Numbered from the stretch's first letter, positions 1 through 8,155 are shown. The stretch is DNA of 37,937 nucleotides from a virus (IMGVR_UViG_3300037515_000363:1-37937); one strand, 5' to 3'. Numbers and translations: made by a program. The notes: a model not told the origin generated them from the sequence alone.

Positions 1-1
1 T

Positions 2-1885
2 AAGGTCAGGCACATACAAGAAGAAGCCGCACAAAAGGTTGAAGGAGCAGCTAAGTACATCACTGATAGGTGTAATACTATCGCCAAGGATGAACATGGC
101 CGTCTCAATGTTATGGTCGATAATAAAACCGGTGAGTTGATTAGCCAGCCTGTCTGTTCTTACCGTTATTATTCCAAATTGATGGAAGACTACCGCAATG
201 GTGTAAAGGCTTTAGGGTTTAAGCACCATGCTATAGAAAGGTATGTAAGTGCTTTTATTAAAAAGTATTCTTCTAAATATCCAGACTTAGAAAAACAGCT
301 AAACCCAAGCCTGCCCATTGAGACTTTAAGAGAAAACCTTATCATATTAAGGTCCAGCTCCATCACTGGCTCAGACTTCCGCAAAGACCTTTTAAAGCTA
401 AAGATTGAACACCATGCATTTTATATGTTTGAACCAAAAGGTGCTATCAAAGATTGGATTAGCGACGATAGTAAGAAGCAATTAGAGAAGAAATTACACA
501 GCCAAATCCTAGTAAATCCAGACTGGATAAAAAAATTATCACGCGATTTATTAACTAAAATTGACCCGTCTGTAAGTGACCTCTGTATAGGCATAGCCAT
601 AGCCACCGGACGGCGACTCACTGAGATCATGAAAACAGCTAACTTTAAGACTGTCGCAGAATCCACAATATTATTCTCCGGTCAGCTAAAAACTAAAAAT
701 AGGCATCTTTTTGAAGAAGTGAAACCTTACCAGATCCCCTCGATGATTGAGGCTGATATTGTTGTAAAAGCCTTATCTTTATTGAGAAAGGCAACAGGAA
801 AGGACCAGCTAAGGTATAAAAACGTACTGGGTGAAACAGTTGAAAGTACAGTTGATGCAGGCGATATAAAGGACTATTACCATAACCGCGCTGTGCACAA
901 AAAATATGAAAGTACGATGAATCGGGCAGTTAGATCATTGCTCAATAATGGCCACTTTAAGCTCAAAGACTGCAGGGCACTTTATACCGAAGTAACCAAG
1001 GAGGAACATGCTAAAAGTGGCGAGGCCCCATCTGCTTACCGCCATCGTGTCCTGGGCCATTCTCTTATGGAAACCCAGATGCACTATGAGGCTTTTCAAT
1101 TAGACAGAACCATTACATCTATCAAGCTGTGCGAAATTGATGATGATGGCGAACCGATGACAGACCAGCAAAAAGCGCTGGCAGATTATCTGGGTAAAGC
1201 CGATGCGGACGTCAAAGGCTATGTCCGAGCCCCTAAGATTGCGATCATGCATGAGTGGTTAAAGAATGAAGTGGCTAATGGCCTGAAGTTAGAACAAATC
1301 ACACCGTCTTACATTCGCCGGTACTGCTTGTTCGACGGTAAACAATTAAACCTTAATACCATTAAGACCTACGTTAATGAATTTATTCAGCTAGATAAAT
1401 TTGAGCTACCAAAAGCTAAACCTAAAAAGCCTGATAACAAAAAGGCTAGGGAGATTTTTGAGCTTGAAGAACGTATTGAGGAAATCAATGGCAGGACCGT
1501 GGAGATCACGGATACGTGCAGTGATTTGGAAGAAGAACGTGAAGAAATCGAAAACCGGTTATCAGAAATTGACGGTGAAGAAAAACTGCTAAACGAAGAA
1601 CTAGATGTAATCAAAGAGGAACTTGAAGAACTCGAGGACCAATTGGAAGCACTGCAAGCCGAGTTTGAAGCCGAAGATGACCAGGATGCCGACGAAAGTA
1701 TCCTTACTTGGTGGCCAGATGCTAATGACATCGATGTGACAGCTGTAAAAGTTGGCAAGCAGTGGCACTTAACCGCGAACGTCAATGGCAAAGAGTTTGA
1801 AATGTATACCGGAGGTCGAAAAGATAGTGCGATTAAAGAGCTGCGAAACTATTACAAAAAATCCATAATGGCCAAAGATATTTAA
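2..1885 (+). CDS. telN: Protelomerase (telomere resolvase), 5' end missing
   Basis: Motifs ATGRRLTEI, FSGQLKTK, KDCRALY, LGH and TQMHY give the R-K-R-H-Y catalytic set. The frame is open from position 2 (KVRHIQEE...), so the true start lies upstream of the window; the ORF track starts at 113. Confidence 0.93.
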   Translation, partial: KVRHIQEEAAQKVEGAAKYITDRCNTIAKDEHGRLNVMVDNKTGELISQPVCSYRYYSKLMEDYRNGVKALGFKHHAIERYVSAFIKKYSSKYPDLEKQLNPSLPIETLRENLIILRSSSITGSDFRKDLLKLKIEHHAFYMFEPKGAIKDWISDDSKKQLEKKLHSQILVNPDWIKKLSRDLLTKIDPSVSDLCIGIAIATGRRLTEIMKTANFKTVAESTILFSGQLKTKNRHLFEEVKPYQIPSMIEADIVVKALSLLRKATGKDQLRYKNVLGETVESTVDAGDIKDYYHNRAVHKKYESTMNRAVRSLLNNGHFKLKDCRALYTEVTKEEHAKSGEAPSAYRHRVLGHSLMETQMHYEAFQLDRTITSIKLCEIDDDGEPMTDQQKALADYLGKADADVKGYVRAPKIAIMHEWLKNEVANGLKLEQITPSYIRRYCLFDGKQLNLNTIKTYVNEFIQLDKFELPKAKPKKPDNKKAREIFELEERIEEINGRTVEITDTCSDLEEEREEIENRLSEIDGEEKLLNEELDVIKEELEELEDQLEALQAEFEAEDDQDADESILTWWPDANDIDVTAVKVGKQWHLTANVNGKEFEMYTGGRKDSAIKELRNYYKKSIMAKDI

Positions 1886-1911
1886 ATTTGGCTTAAAAAG
1901 GATGATGCCTC

Positions 1912-2283
1912 TTGAGATGTTTTGGCTATGTAAGTGGTGCCTGTGATTTGGATTGTAATATGCAAAAATTGGCACTTAATTATGCCGGCTGTGATCTGAT
2001 TTATGCAGATACAGCCGGAAGGGATGCTCGAAATCAGCTTTTTAATGCCATGGCTGAAGGTGATAAATTGATAATTTGGCGCCTTGATAAATTAGCCTGC
2101 AGCGTTAAGGACCTATCAGAACTGTTGGAGTTAATCAAAAATAAAGGTGTATCTTTCTATACTATCCAAGAAAGGTTAAACGCCGATTTAATCGACGCCA
2201 CGCAATTTAAAAAACTCGTAGAGGTGATGGTTGAAATAGAGAGGAATGCTATTCCTTCTTCTCAAGTGCGTCACGATAGATAA
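1912..2283 (+). CDS. Serine resolvase/invertase catalytic-domain homolog, degenerate active site, no HTH (possible pseudogene)
   Basis: Q..AL..AGC..I..D, GD.LIIWRLD.L..S..DL, GVSF and E.ER match the resolvase fold; YARVS reads YVS and DRLGR reads DKLAC; TTG start after AAGGA. Confidence 0.65.
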   Translation: MRCFGYVSGACDLDCNMQKLALNYAGCDLIYADTAGRDARNQLFNAMAEGDKLIIWRLDKLACSVKDLSELLELIKNKGVSFYTIQERLNADLIDATQFKKLVEVMVEIERNAIPSSQVRHDR

Positions 2284-2581
2284 TCATTATCATAGAAACA
2301 ATGGCTGCTCTTGCCTCAGGTGGTAATACCCTTGCGGCAGCAGCCACATCCCAAGGTGTTGTTTCTCCAATCCCCAATGTATCCAGCGCTATGTCTAAAT
2401 CAGTCACTTTAAGGTGGCGAATCAAAGATAAGTAATTGGTTAATCTAATATCACCAGTCCCGTTTTCAATACGTTGATATGTTTTAAGAGATAGTCCCGC
2501 CATGCTGGCGGCTTCTTCTTGTGTGATTCCTGCTGCTTTCCTCCTTGCTATCAGCGCCAAAATTATCGGTGAGTCGGTCAT
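2249..2581 (-). CDS. XRE-family HTH transcription factor
   Basis: RRKAAGITQEEAASMAGLSLKTYQRIENG is a classic HTH_3 pattern; GGAGG RBS at 2588-2592. Confidence 0.9.
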   Translation of the reverse strand: MTDSPIILALIARRKAAGITQEEAASMAGLSLKTYQRIENGTGDIRLTNYLSLIRHLKVTDLDIALDTLGIGETTPWDVAAAARVLPPEARAAIVSMIMIIYRDALEKKE

Positions 2582-2595
2582 TCGGCTCCTCCAAA

Positions 2596-2644
2596 TAAGA
2601 CTAATTTGACCTATGCAGTCTAAGTATAGGACTGTTTTGTCTTT
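2596..2644. promoter_or_regulatory. Two candidate XRE operators (TARGAC-N6-GTCYTA-like) flanking a leftward -10
   Basis: TAAGAC-TAATTT-GACCTA (2596-2613) and TAGGAC-TGTTTT-GTCTTT (2627-2644), 31 bp apart; TATACT on the minus strand at 2623-2628. Confidence 0.5.
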
Positions 2645-2726
2645 GGCTCTTTTTTACAGTAATAAAACAGGCAATATAGCGTCCGGAAAACCAAGATGTA
2701 TCAAGGAAAGCGGGTAGGAGTAATTG

Positions 2727-2906
2727 ATGTATACCCAGATGCAATGCAACAAGGACATTATGGATAAGCAAGTAAAAGACTGTATTAACAGACTATTTAT
2801 AGCTAGAAGTCTCATTAAGACGAATAGTAAACTAACAAAGACGTCAAAGGAGGATATGCTTGTTTTGTTACACGAAGCGGCCGACTTACTAGCCATGAGG
2901 GTGTAA
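2727..2906 (+). CDS. Small ORF (59 aa), candidate antirepressor (Qtip/smORF positional analog)
   Basis: AGGAG RBS 6 nt before ATG 2727 (alternative ATG at 2760); divergent from the XRE gene, between telN and repA; function inferred from synteny only. Confidence 0.65.
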   Translation: MYTQMQCNKDIMDKQVKDCINRLFIARSLIKTNSKLTKTSKEDMLVLLHEAADLLAMRV

Positions 2907-2953
2907 GAGGTCCTCAGCGAATCGCTGATATAGTAAAACCAATACCACTATGA

Positions 2954-2988
2954 GCGGTTAAGACTAATTATCGAGCAGTCTTAACCGC
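2954..2988. repeat. Perfect 12-bp inverted repeat over the repA stop codon; possible terminator of convergent genes
   Basis: GCGGTTAAGACT-N11-AGTCTTAACCGC. Confidence 0.7.
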
Positions 2989-5900
2989 CCTGCAGCTATG
3001 CCAACGTGGTGCTGAACAGTATCTACCCCATGTTTTGCATAGTCGCCCCTGTAAATTTGCGATCTACACAGTTCTTTAGCTATTTTCGCAGAGTAAACAA
3101 GGGGGATTTTTAGATTTTCTAAAGCAAGGTTGAACACATCTAACCAGCTAGAAACCTTTCTAGGCTTGGCTTTCGCTTGATCCATTTCGTTCACCATGTC
3201 TATAGAGTTATCAGGTGAAGAATGGATCAATGCCATGTCCAGATGTTCTAGTTTAAAGGCGGTGGCGGCTGACTCAACACGGCGGCGGTGAATATCCGAC
3301 ATGGTGTCCCATGAATCTAGCGTGATGAGATAGCGCTGGCGCTTAGCTGAGGCCGCTGTATTGCGTCCAAGCTGCAATGTACACATCTTTAAACCTAGGG
3401 CCTCTAGAATGCTTTTGGCTTTGTTTACTGCCTTTAGGTTGCGGCTAAATGGGTTTATGTAACCGCCAAACTTATACCAGGTATTAAATAAGTGAATTTT
3501 GTCACCCGCTATCAGATGTTCAATGGCTGCAGTCAATGATTCTTCGGTAGACTCGCCTTTGCCAGTGGTCCAATCAAAACCGGCAACCTCGAAAAAATCT
3601 CTCAGGGCTTGGCGTTGCTTAACCAAATACATACGATTTGACGGTTGAACACCAGCTGCTACTTCTGCCGCATCAAATTCTTGTGCTTTCTCAGGGCTCA
3701 TATTTAGCAGCTCAAATAAGCGGACTTTATTTAGCCCACCCTTATGATGAAATTCGATGCTTTCATCATCAACTGGCAACATGAGGGCGTTCTCAATATC
3801 CCATCGGTTTAATTTTGCCTTTTCATCACGACACAGGTTCATTTTGCTCAGCAGCTGGTCGCGTTCTGGCGCGGTTGGTGTTGGCTGTTCTAAATGCCTG
3901 GCAATGTCAGTTGCTTTTAGCATATCTCTAGCGACTTCCTTTGCCATTTTGCCTTTCTCTTTATCTATGTCAGTGGTATCTAAACTTTTGATTTTATAAC
4001 CATCGGCATATAAGCAGCACAATAAATTATTTGCAAAATCGTTCTTTGCTTTGTTTTCTTGAGCAATGAGATCTAAGCGGAATCGGTCAAAATCTAGGTC
4101 TTTGGTTTTCAATTCGATTTTCCCGCTTTCGCGGTTGAGTTCTACTTCCAGTTGATTATCGTTAGCCAGTATCATACCTAACCACATGGCCATGGCTGAT
4201 TCTTCACGATTACTGTGCATAGTAGATAAGCCAAGAATAAACTCACGAGCTTTACGATCGCGGCGAATCATTTGCATGGCATCAGAGGGTGCAACAGTGC
4301 CACGGAATATTCCATAATGGCGGTTAAAATGGCCGTTCTCAATGGATACACCGGATGAGATAGACGGTGAATAAATCACATAATCATACTTCATACTCTC
4401 GACATTCGGGTTGTCCGTGAACATTTCAACATCACGGTCTTCTTTTGTATCTAAGGCAATGAATAGGCCATTTTTGGCAGGGTATTTAGTCTGTAAATCA
4501 ATAAACAGTTTTTCACCGTCTTTTGCAGAGTCGTTTGCAACTAAGACTCTATTACCTGCGCCAACGTCCTCAGATACTTTATGAAAAGCGGTATCGCCAT
4601 CAGTGTAGTAAATAGAGGTATCAGAACAATCTGTACGACCATCAATGACATGGATTTTTTGAGGTATAAAGTTTTCACCATGCAATTCTTTTAAGTGTGC
4701 ATTACGCTTTTTTAGTCCTAGTTCGCAGAACTCGACCAGGATATCGTTTGCATCGGCATCGGCTAAGATCACCTTGCTTTTAGTCGTCGCCATTAGGTCT
4801 AACCAACGATTAAAAACCGCAACTGGGTATTTAATTGCACCGCCTGCAGTAACGTGTCGCAATGTTTGAGCCGCTTCATCAATACAAATAGCATCAAGAT
4901 TATTGAGTAACGATGAAAACTCTGGCTTTAAAATAGAATTGATACAACATGCCAGTTTATTAATCCCGGGCATCATATCTTTAATAGAAGGCTCTTGATA
5001 ATTTGCGACCATGCTGTAGCTCATAAGCTCACGCATAGCTTTATCATGTTCAGACTGTTCAGAGTCTTTAGGTTTCGAGTTTAACGCATCAACAATACCG
5101 CCGATTAATGAAATGCGGTGGGCTGTTACTAATGCATTTCTATATTCCCACATTACCGGCTTAATAACGCCTTGTGTTTTACGTGATCCCATTTGAAAGC
5201 GCAAAACGATAATGCCGTCTAGCTGTTTAATATGGTTTAGCACTTCATCATCAATGACTGTCTTGTTGAACTGATGATATTCAATGTGTTCAGGTCGGCA
5301 ATCTGCGCGGGTAATACGAGAAGAAAACGAGCGGAACTCTTGCGCCTCTTTGACTTTAGCGCACCAGATGGCATTGGCTTTTTTGGCTAACTGCTTTAGG
5401 TTTAAATGGTCGCTGCTAATACTCGCTTGCAGCGCACACGTTTTGATCGTTGTGACAATATCGGACGGTCTGTACTTAGGCATACCCACTTGCATACCCG
5501 CCAGAACGCATTTCACTGCGGCTGGCATTACATCACTAAACGCAATGTATTTGAGGCGTTCTAATGACTTTTCGAACAAATCACCATCACACTTTACTCT
5601 AGCCAACTGGCCTTTTAGTTGTCGAACAACCTCTTTTAATCCTGCGCGAACGTGCAGATCGTTCCAGTCTGTAGGTTGGTAACTGTGATCCACTTTAGCG
5701 AAATCTGGGGCGTATGCTCTGACTTCATCATGTTCTGCCAGTAAATCCATGGCGACTAACATACCAGCGTTGCCTTTTCCCTGGCGCTGCTTCCACATAT
5801 CATTATCAACGGCAAGTAACAGCTGTAGGTAAGGGGCTTTTTGTTGGTACTCAACAACGACTTTACGCATGTTGCCAGCATCCAGCGCAACGATTACGGC

Positions 5901-6758
5901 ACAAGAAATACCTAACGTCTGCATAGCCAAGAATACTGATGCACCAGTTGCAAAACCCTCGGTAACATAGATGCGTTCGGCTGACTTCATATCACCGATA
6001 ATGATGTGGGCAGCGTCTTTGCTCATGCCCCATGTAAAGTCCTTGTTAGTCTGGCTGCCGTCCTTTTTTATGATATGGCGGTCATAGATACGCTGTATGC
6101 CAACGGCGTGGCCAGTGATATTTTGCAGGCGTAATGCTATGTAATTTCCATTCGCATCTTGGCCTTCTCTGGCATCAACATGATCTAGAATAGAGGAAAT
6201 TAATTTCTTATCTGTATAAATGAACGAAGCTGCACGAGGCAGCTGGATGAAGTGTTGCAGTTCTTTATCGACATTTGCCGCCTTCCTTTTATTCTCTGCA
6301 TCTTGAATAAGTTTGGCGGTATCACGCTTTCTGGCGTTGGTTTCTTCCCGTTCTCGTTTCTTTTTATCCCATTCGTCCAGTTTCGCTTGCGGGACCTTAG
6401 CCCCTCTTTCACGCTTGAATAATTCCCATAGCAATGTCAGACCATTAAACACTACAGTTTCACCGGCACCGCCTTTGGTCTTGAATGTGATTAAGGGGAA
6501 CTCGACACCATTGGCATCTTTTTCAAGGGAGGCGTAAACACCTACCGAGTTTTTGAAGCCAGGTAATAGCTTACTGCCATCGACGTTAACCTTGCCGCCT
6601 TTACCACTTACCCAGGTAATACGGTTAGATACCAGTGACCAATTAACACCAATGGTGGCGGCATCGTTAGTTAGTTCAACGTCAAAGTATGAAGCCACAG
6701 CTTCACCCGAGCCAAAGCGTTCGCGGTAGAATTTTGCGAATGTACTCTCTTGCATCAC
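2964..6758 (-). CDS. repA: RepA multifunctional replication protein (TOPRIM primase plus helicase/origin-binding)
   Basis: TEGFATG, AVDND and TDWND primase motifs; MGSRKT, CIDEA and SPSISSGVSI helicase motifs; 1264 aa; N15-like position. Confidence 0.9.
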   Translation of the reverse strand: MMQESTFAKFYRERFGSGEAVASYFDVELTNDAATIGVNWSLVSNRITWVSGKGGKVNVDGSKLLPGFKNSVGVYASLEKDANGVEFPLITFKTKGGAGETVVFNGLTLLWELFKRERGAKVPQAKLDEWDKKKREREETNARKRDTAKLIQDAENKRKAANVDKELQHFIQLPRAASFIYTDKKLISSILDHVDAREGQDANGNYIALRLQNITGHAVGIQRIYDRHIIKKDGSQTNKDFTWGMSKDAAHIIIGDMKSAERIYVTEGFATGASVFLAMQTLGISCAVIVALDAGNMRKVVVEYQQKAPYLQLLLAVDNDMWKQRQGKGNAGMLVAMDLLAEHDEVRAYAPDFAKVDHSYQPTDWNDLHVRAGLKEVVRQLKGQLARVKCDGDLFEKSLERLKYIAFSDVMPAAVKCVLAGMQVGMPKYRPSDIVTTIKTCALQASISSDHLNLKQLAKKANAIWCAKVKEAQEFRSFSSRITRADCRPEHIEYHQFNKTVIDDEVLNHIKQLDGIIVLRFQMGSRKTQGVIKPVMWEYRNALVTAHRISLIGGIVDALNSKPKDSEQSEHDKAMRELMSYSMVANYQEPSIKDMMPGINKLACCINSILKPEFSSLLNNLDAICIDEAAQTLRHVTAGGAIKYPVAVFNRWLDLMATTKSKVILADADANDILVEFCELGLKKRNAHLKELHGENFIPQKIHVIDGRTDCSDTSIYYTDGDTAFHKVSEDVGAGNRVLVANDSAKDGEKLFIDLQTKYPAKNGLFIALDTKEDRDVEMFTDNPNVESMKYDYVIYSPSISSGVSIENGHFNRHYGIFRGTVAPSDAMQMIRRDRKAREFILGLSTMHSNREESAMAMWLGMILANDNQLEVELNRESGKIELKTKDLDFDRFRLDLIAQENKAKNDFANNLLCCLYADGYKIKSLDTTDIDKEKGKMAKEVARDMLKATDIARHLEQPTPTAPERDQLLSKMNLCRDEKAKLNRWDIENALMLPVDDESIEFHHKGGLNKVRLFELLNMSPEKAQEFDAAEVAAGVQPSNRMYLVKQRQALRDFFEVAGFDWTTGKGESTEESLTAAIEHLIAGDKIHLFNTWYKFGGYINPFSRNLKAVNKAKSILEALGLKMCTLQLGRNTAASAKRQRYLITLDSWDTMSDIHRRRVESAATAFKLEHLDMALIHSSPDNSIDMVNEMDQAKAKPRKVSSWLDVFNLALENLKIPLVYSAKIAKELCRSQIYRGDYAKHGVDTVQHHVGIAAGRLRLLDN

Positions 6759-6775
6759 AATCCCTTAATGATTTT

Positions 6776-6823
6776 GTACAAATCACCAAATGTAATAATG
6801 TGCAAATGTACAAATTCACAAGT
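6776..6823. repeat. 8-bp-period repeat array 1 (just upstream of the repA start)
   Basis: GTACAAAT CACCAAAT GTAATAAT GTGCAAAT GTACAAAT TCACAAGT. Confidence 0.75.
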
Positions 6824-7021
6824 CTATTGTGTTAGCAAGAGGCATTGACTAGAATATGGGGTGAAGTCTCGGTTTCTTGTTTTTTTGATTTTGAGTTAGA
6901 CCCAATTCAATTTCACAAAAAAAGAGCCCTTAACGTTTGTTTACCAAGTGGCTGCTTGGTTGATTATTCGGTAGCGGCAAACTATTGATTAATCTCACGT
7001 TTCATAGTCTATTTTCTCTTG

Positions 7022-7081
7022 CTATACAATAGATTTATGTTTCGTTTTACACATCAATACTCTGATGTTTTTAGTTCTCAT
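7022..7081 (-). CDS. Candidate 19-aa leader peptide in the repA leader
   Basis: MRTKNIRVLMCKTKHKSIV*; GGAGG only 3 nt upstream and inside a hairpin. Confidence 0.25.
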   Translation of the reverse strand: MRTKNIRVLMCKTKHKSIV

Positions 7082-7114
7082 GCGCCTCCACTTATGTGGG
7101 GGCGTTTGTTTTTT
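7037..7114 (+). ncRNA. Candidate ~75-nt antisense RNA to the repA leader
   Basis: -10 TACAAT at 7025-7030, hairpin ACATCA-N6-TGATGT at 7051-7068, and a + strand terminator with no + strand gene upstream; ends approximate. Confidence 0.45.
7083..7114 (+). terminator. Intrinsic terminator
   Basis: CGCCTCCAC-TTAT-GTGGGGGCG followed by TTTGTTTTTT. Confidence 0.7.
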
Positions 7115-7142
7115 AAGCTAGGCTTGAAAACCTAACGGGTCG

Positions 7143-7171
7143 ATTATATGTCTTTTATCCTACAAGGGAAA
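7143..7171 (-). promoter_or_regulatory. Candidate repA promoter
   Basis: Perfect TATAAT on the minus strand at 7143-7148; weak -35. Confidence 0.4.
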
Positions 7172-7176
7172 GATCA

Positions 7177-7824
7177 TTAGATCTTTATCTTTTGGATCTT
7201 TCCTATCACTACTCCACAGATGTCTATTGGTTGGTCTATTTGTAAGAGTGGGTACTGCGGGTTTATAGGTTTTAAGTACCTTTGAGTTCCATCTATTATC
7301 AACTGCTTAAATGTCACATCATTGGTCCCACTAATCCTTGCAATAACATAGTTTTTATTAGTGGCCTCAACATCTGGATCCACGACTATTTGAGATCCTT
7401 CTTCAAAGCTCTGCATAGATCCATGTTGTGCAGTCATGCTGTCACCACTCACGTTTAAAATGTAAGAGTTATTTGAGCATTTAAATGGTGACGGAACTAC
7501 TGGACAATCATCATCATGCGATTGTATAGACTCCCTCCACATGCCAGCTTGAACCCAAGATATGACTGGTAAGTAAAGGCATTTCTGTGCCTGAGCAGCA
7601 ATGACAGAGCTGCTAGAATCTTCACTTATTGCCCTACAAATCCCCTCCATACTGAGACCGTAAAACTTCGCTAAATTAGCAATAGTATAAAAGCCAGGAG
7701 AGGTATTCTCGCCCAGCTCTATTTTTGATTGATTTGAAGCGAGTATGCCCGTTTTTGCCTCTACCACTTTCATGGTTAAGCCAAGGTCAACTCTCGCTTT
7801 TCTGATGATTTGTCCTATTTCCAT
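7177..7824 (-). CDS. cI: Prophage repressor (HTH plus S24 autopeptidase)
   Basis: N-terminal HTH, VQAG cleavage site, GDSM catalytic Ser, FKQL catalytic Lys; divergent from cro. Confidence 0.93.
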   Translation of the reverse strand: MEIGQIIRKARVDLGLTMKVVEAKTGILASNQSKIELGENTSPGFYTIANLAKFYGLSMEGICRAISEDSSSSVIAAQAQKCLYLPVISWVQAGMWRESIQSHDDDCPVVPSPFKCSNNSYILNVSGDSMTAQHGSMQSFEEGSQIVVDPDVEATNKNYVIARISGTNDVTFKQLIIDGTQRYLKPINPQYPLLQIDQPIDICGVVIGKIQKIKI

Positions 7825-7908
7825 ATCTCATATTATTCCATAAATTGTTTAATTTGACTCAAAAACCTTATAGTGGAATAATCACACTTAAGTTATCTCA
7901 TAGGAATA
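7824..7908. promoter_or_regulatory. Divergent cI/cro promoter-operator region
   Basis: Rightward TTGACT (7854)-17 bp-AATAAT with TG extension; mirror-image TGGAATAAT leftward at 7832-7840; TATCTCATA at 7824 and 7894. Confidence 0.65.
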
Positions 7909-7915
7909 TCCAAAC

Positions 7916-8155
7916 ATGGAAAGTGCTTTAAGAAGTCTTAGAAAATCCAAGCAAATGACACTAGAAGACGTCGAATTGGCATTATCTGCGCGTGGAAAGA
8001 CCTCAACTTTAGCCCACCTATCTTTAGTTGAACGTGGCCTAGTTTGGCCTAGTAGAGAGGTCGTCGACTCATTAGTAGAGTTATTCCACGGTGAAATAAC
8101 TGAAATAGATATCCTTTATCCGTTCGGCGCACCATCGGAGAAAAAACGTGATTAA
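7916..8155 (+). CDS. cro: Cro-like XRE HTH regulator
   Basis: 79 aa, LRSLRKSKQMTLEDV...LSLVERG HTH pattern, divergent from cI. Confidence 0.8.
   Translation: MESALRSLRKSKQMTLEDVELALSARGKTSTLAHLSLVERGLVWPSREVVDSLVELFHGEITEIDILYPFGAPSEKKRD

Noticed and set aside
1387-1791. Ser-rich 134-aa minus-strand ORF
   Set aside because: Antisense shadow of the Glu-rich GAA codons of telN.
1912-2283. Active DNA invertase for tail-fibre switching
   Set aside because: Catalytic arginines and HTH are missing, it is 22 kb from the fibre genes, and I saw no inverted crossover sites or reversed fibre segment.
2780-2791. CTGTATTAACAG as a LexA box
   Set aside because: The spacer is 4 bp rather than 8 and the site lies inside the smORF.
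2654-2896. 80-aa minus-strand ORF
   Set aside because: Antisense to the smORF, which has the better RBS and the expected orientation.
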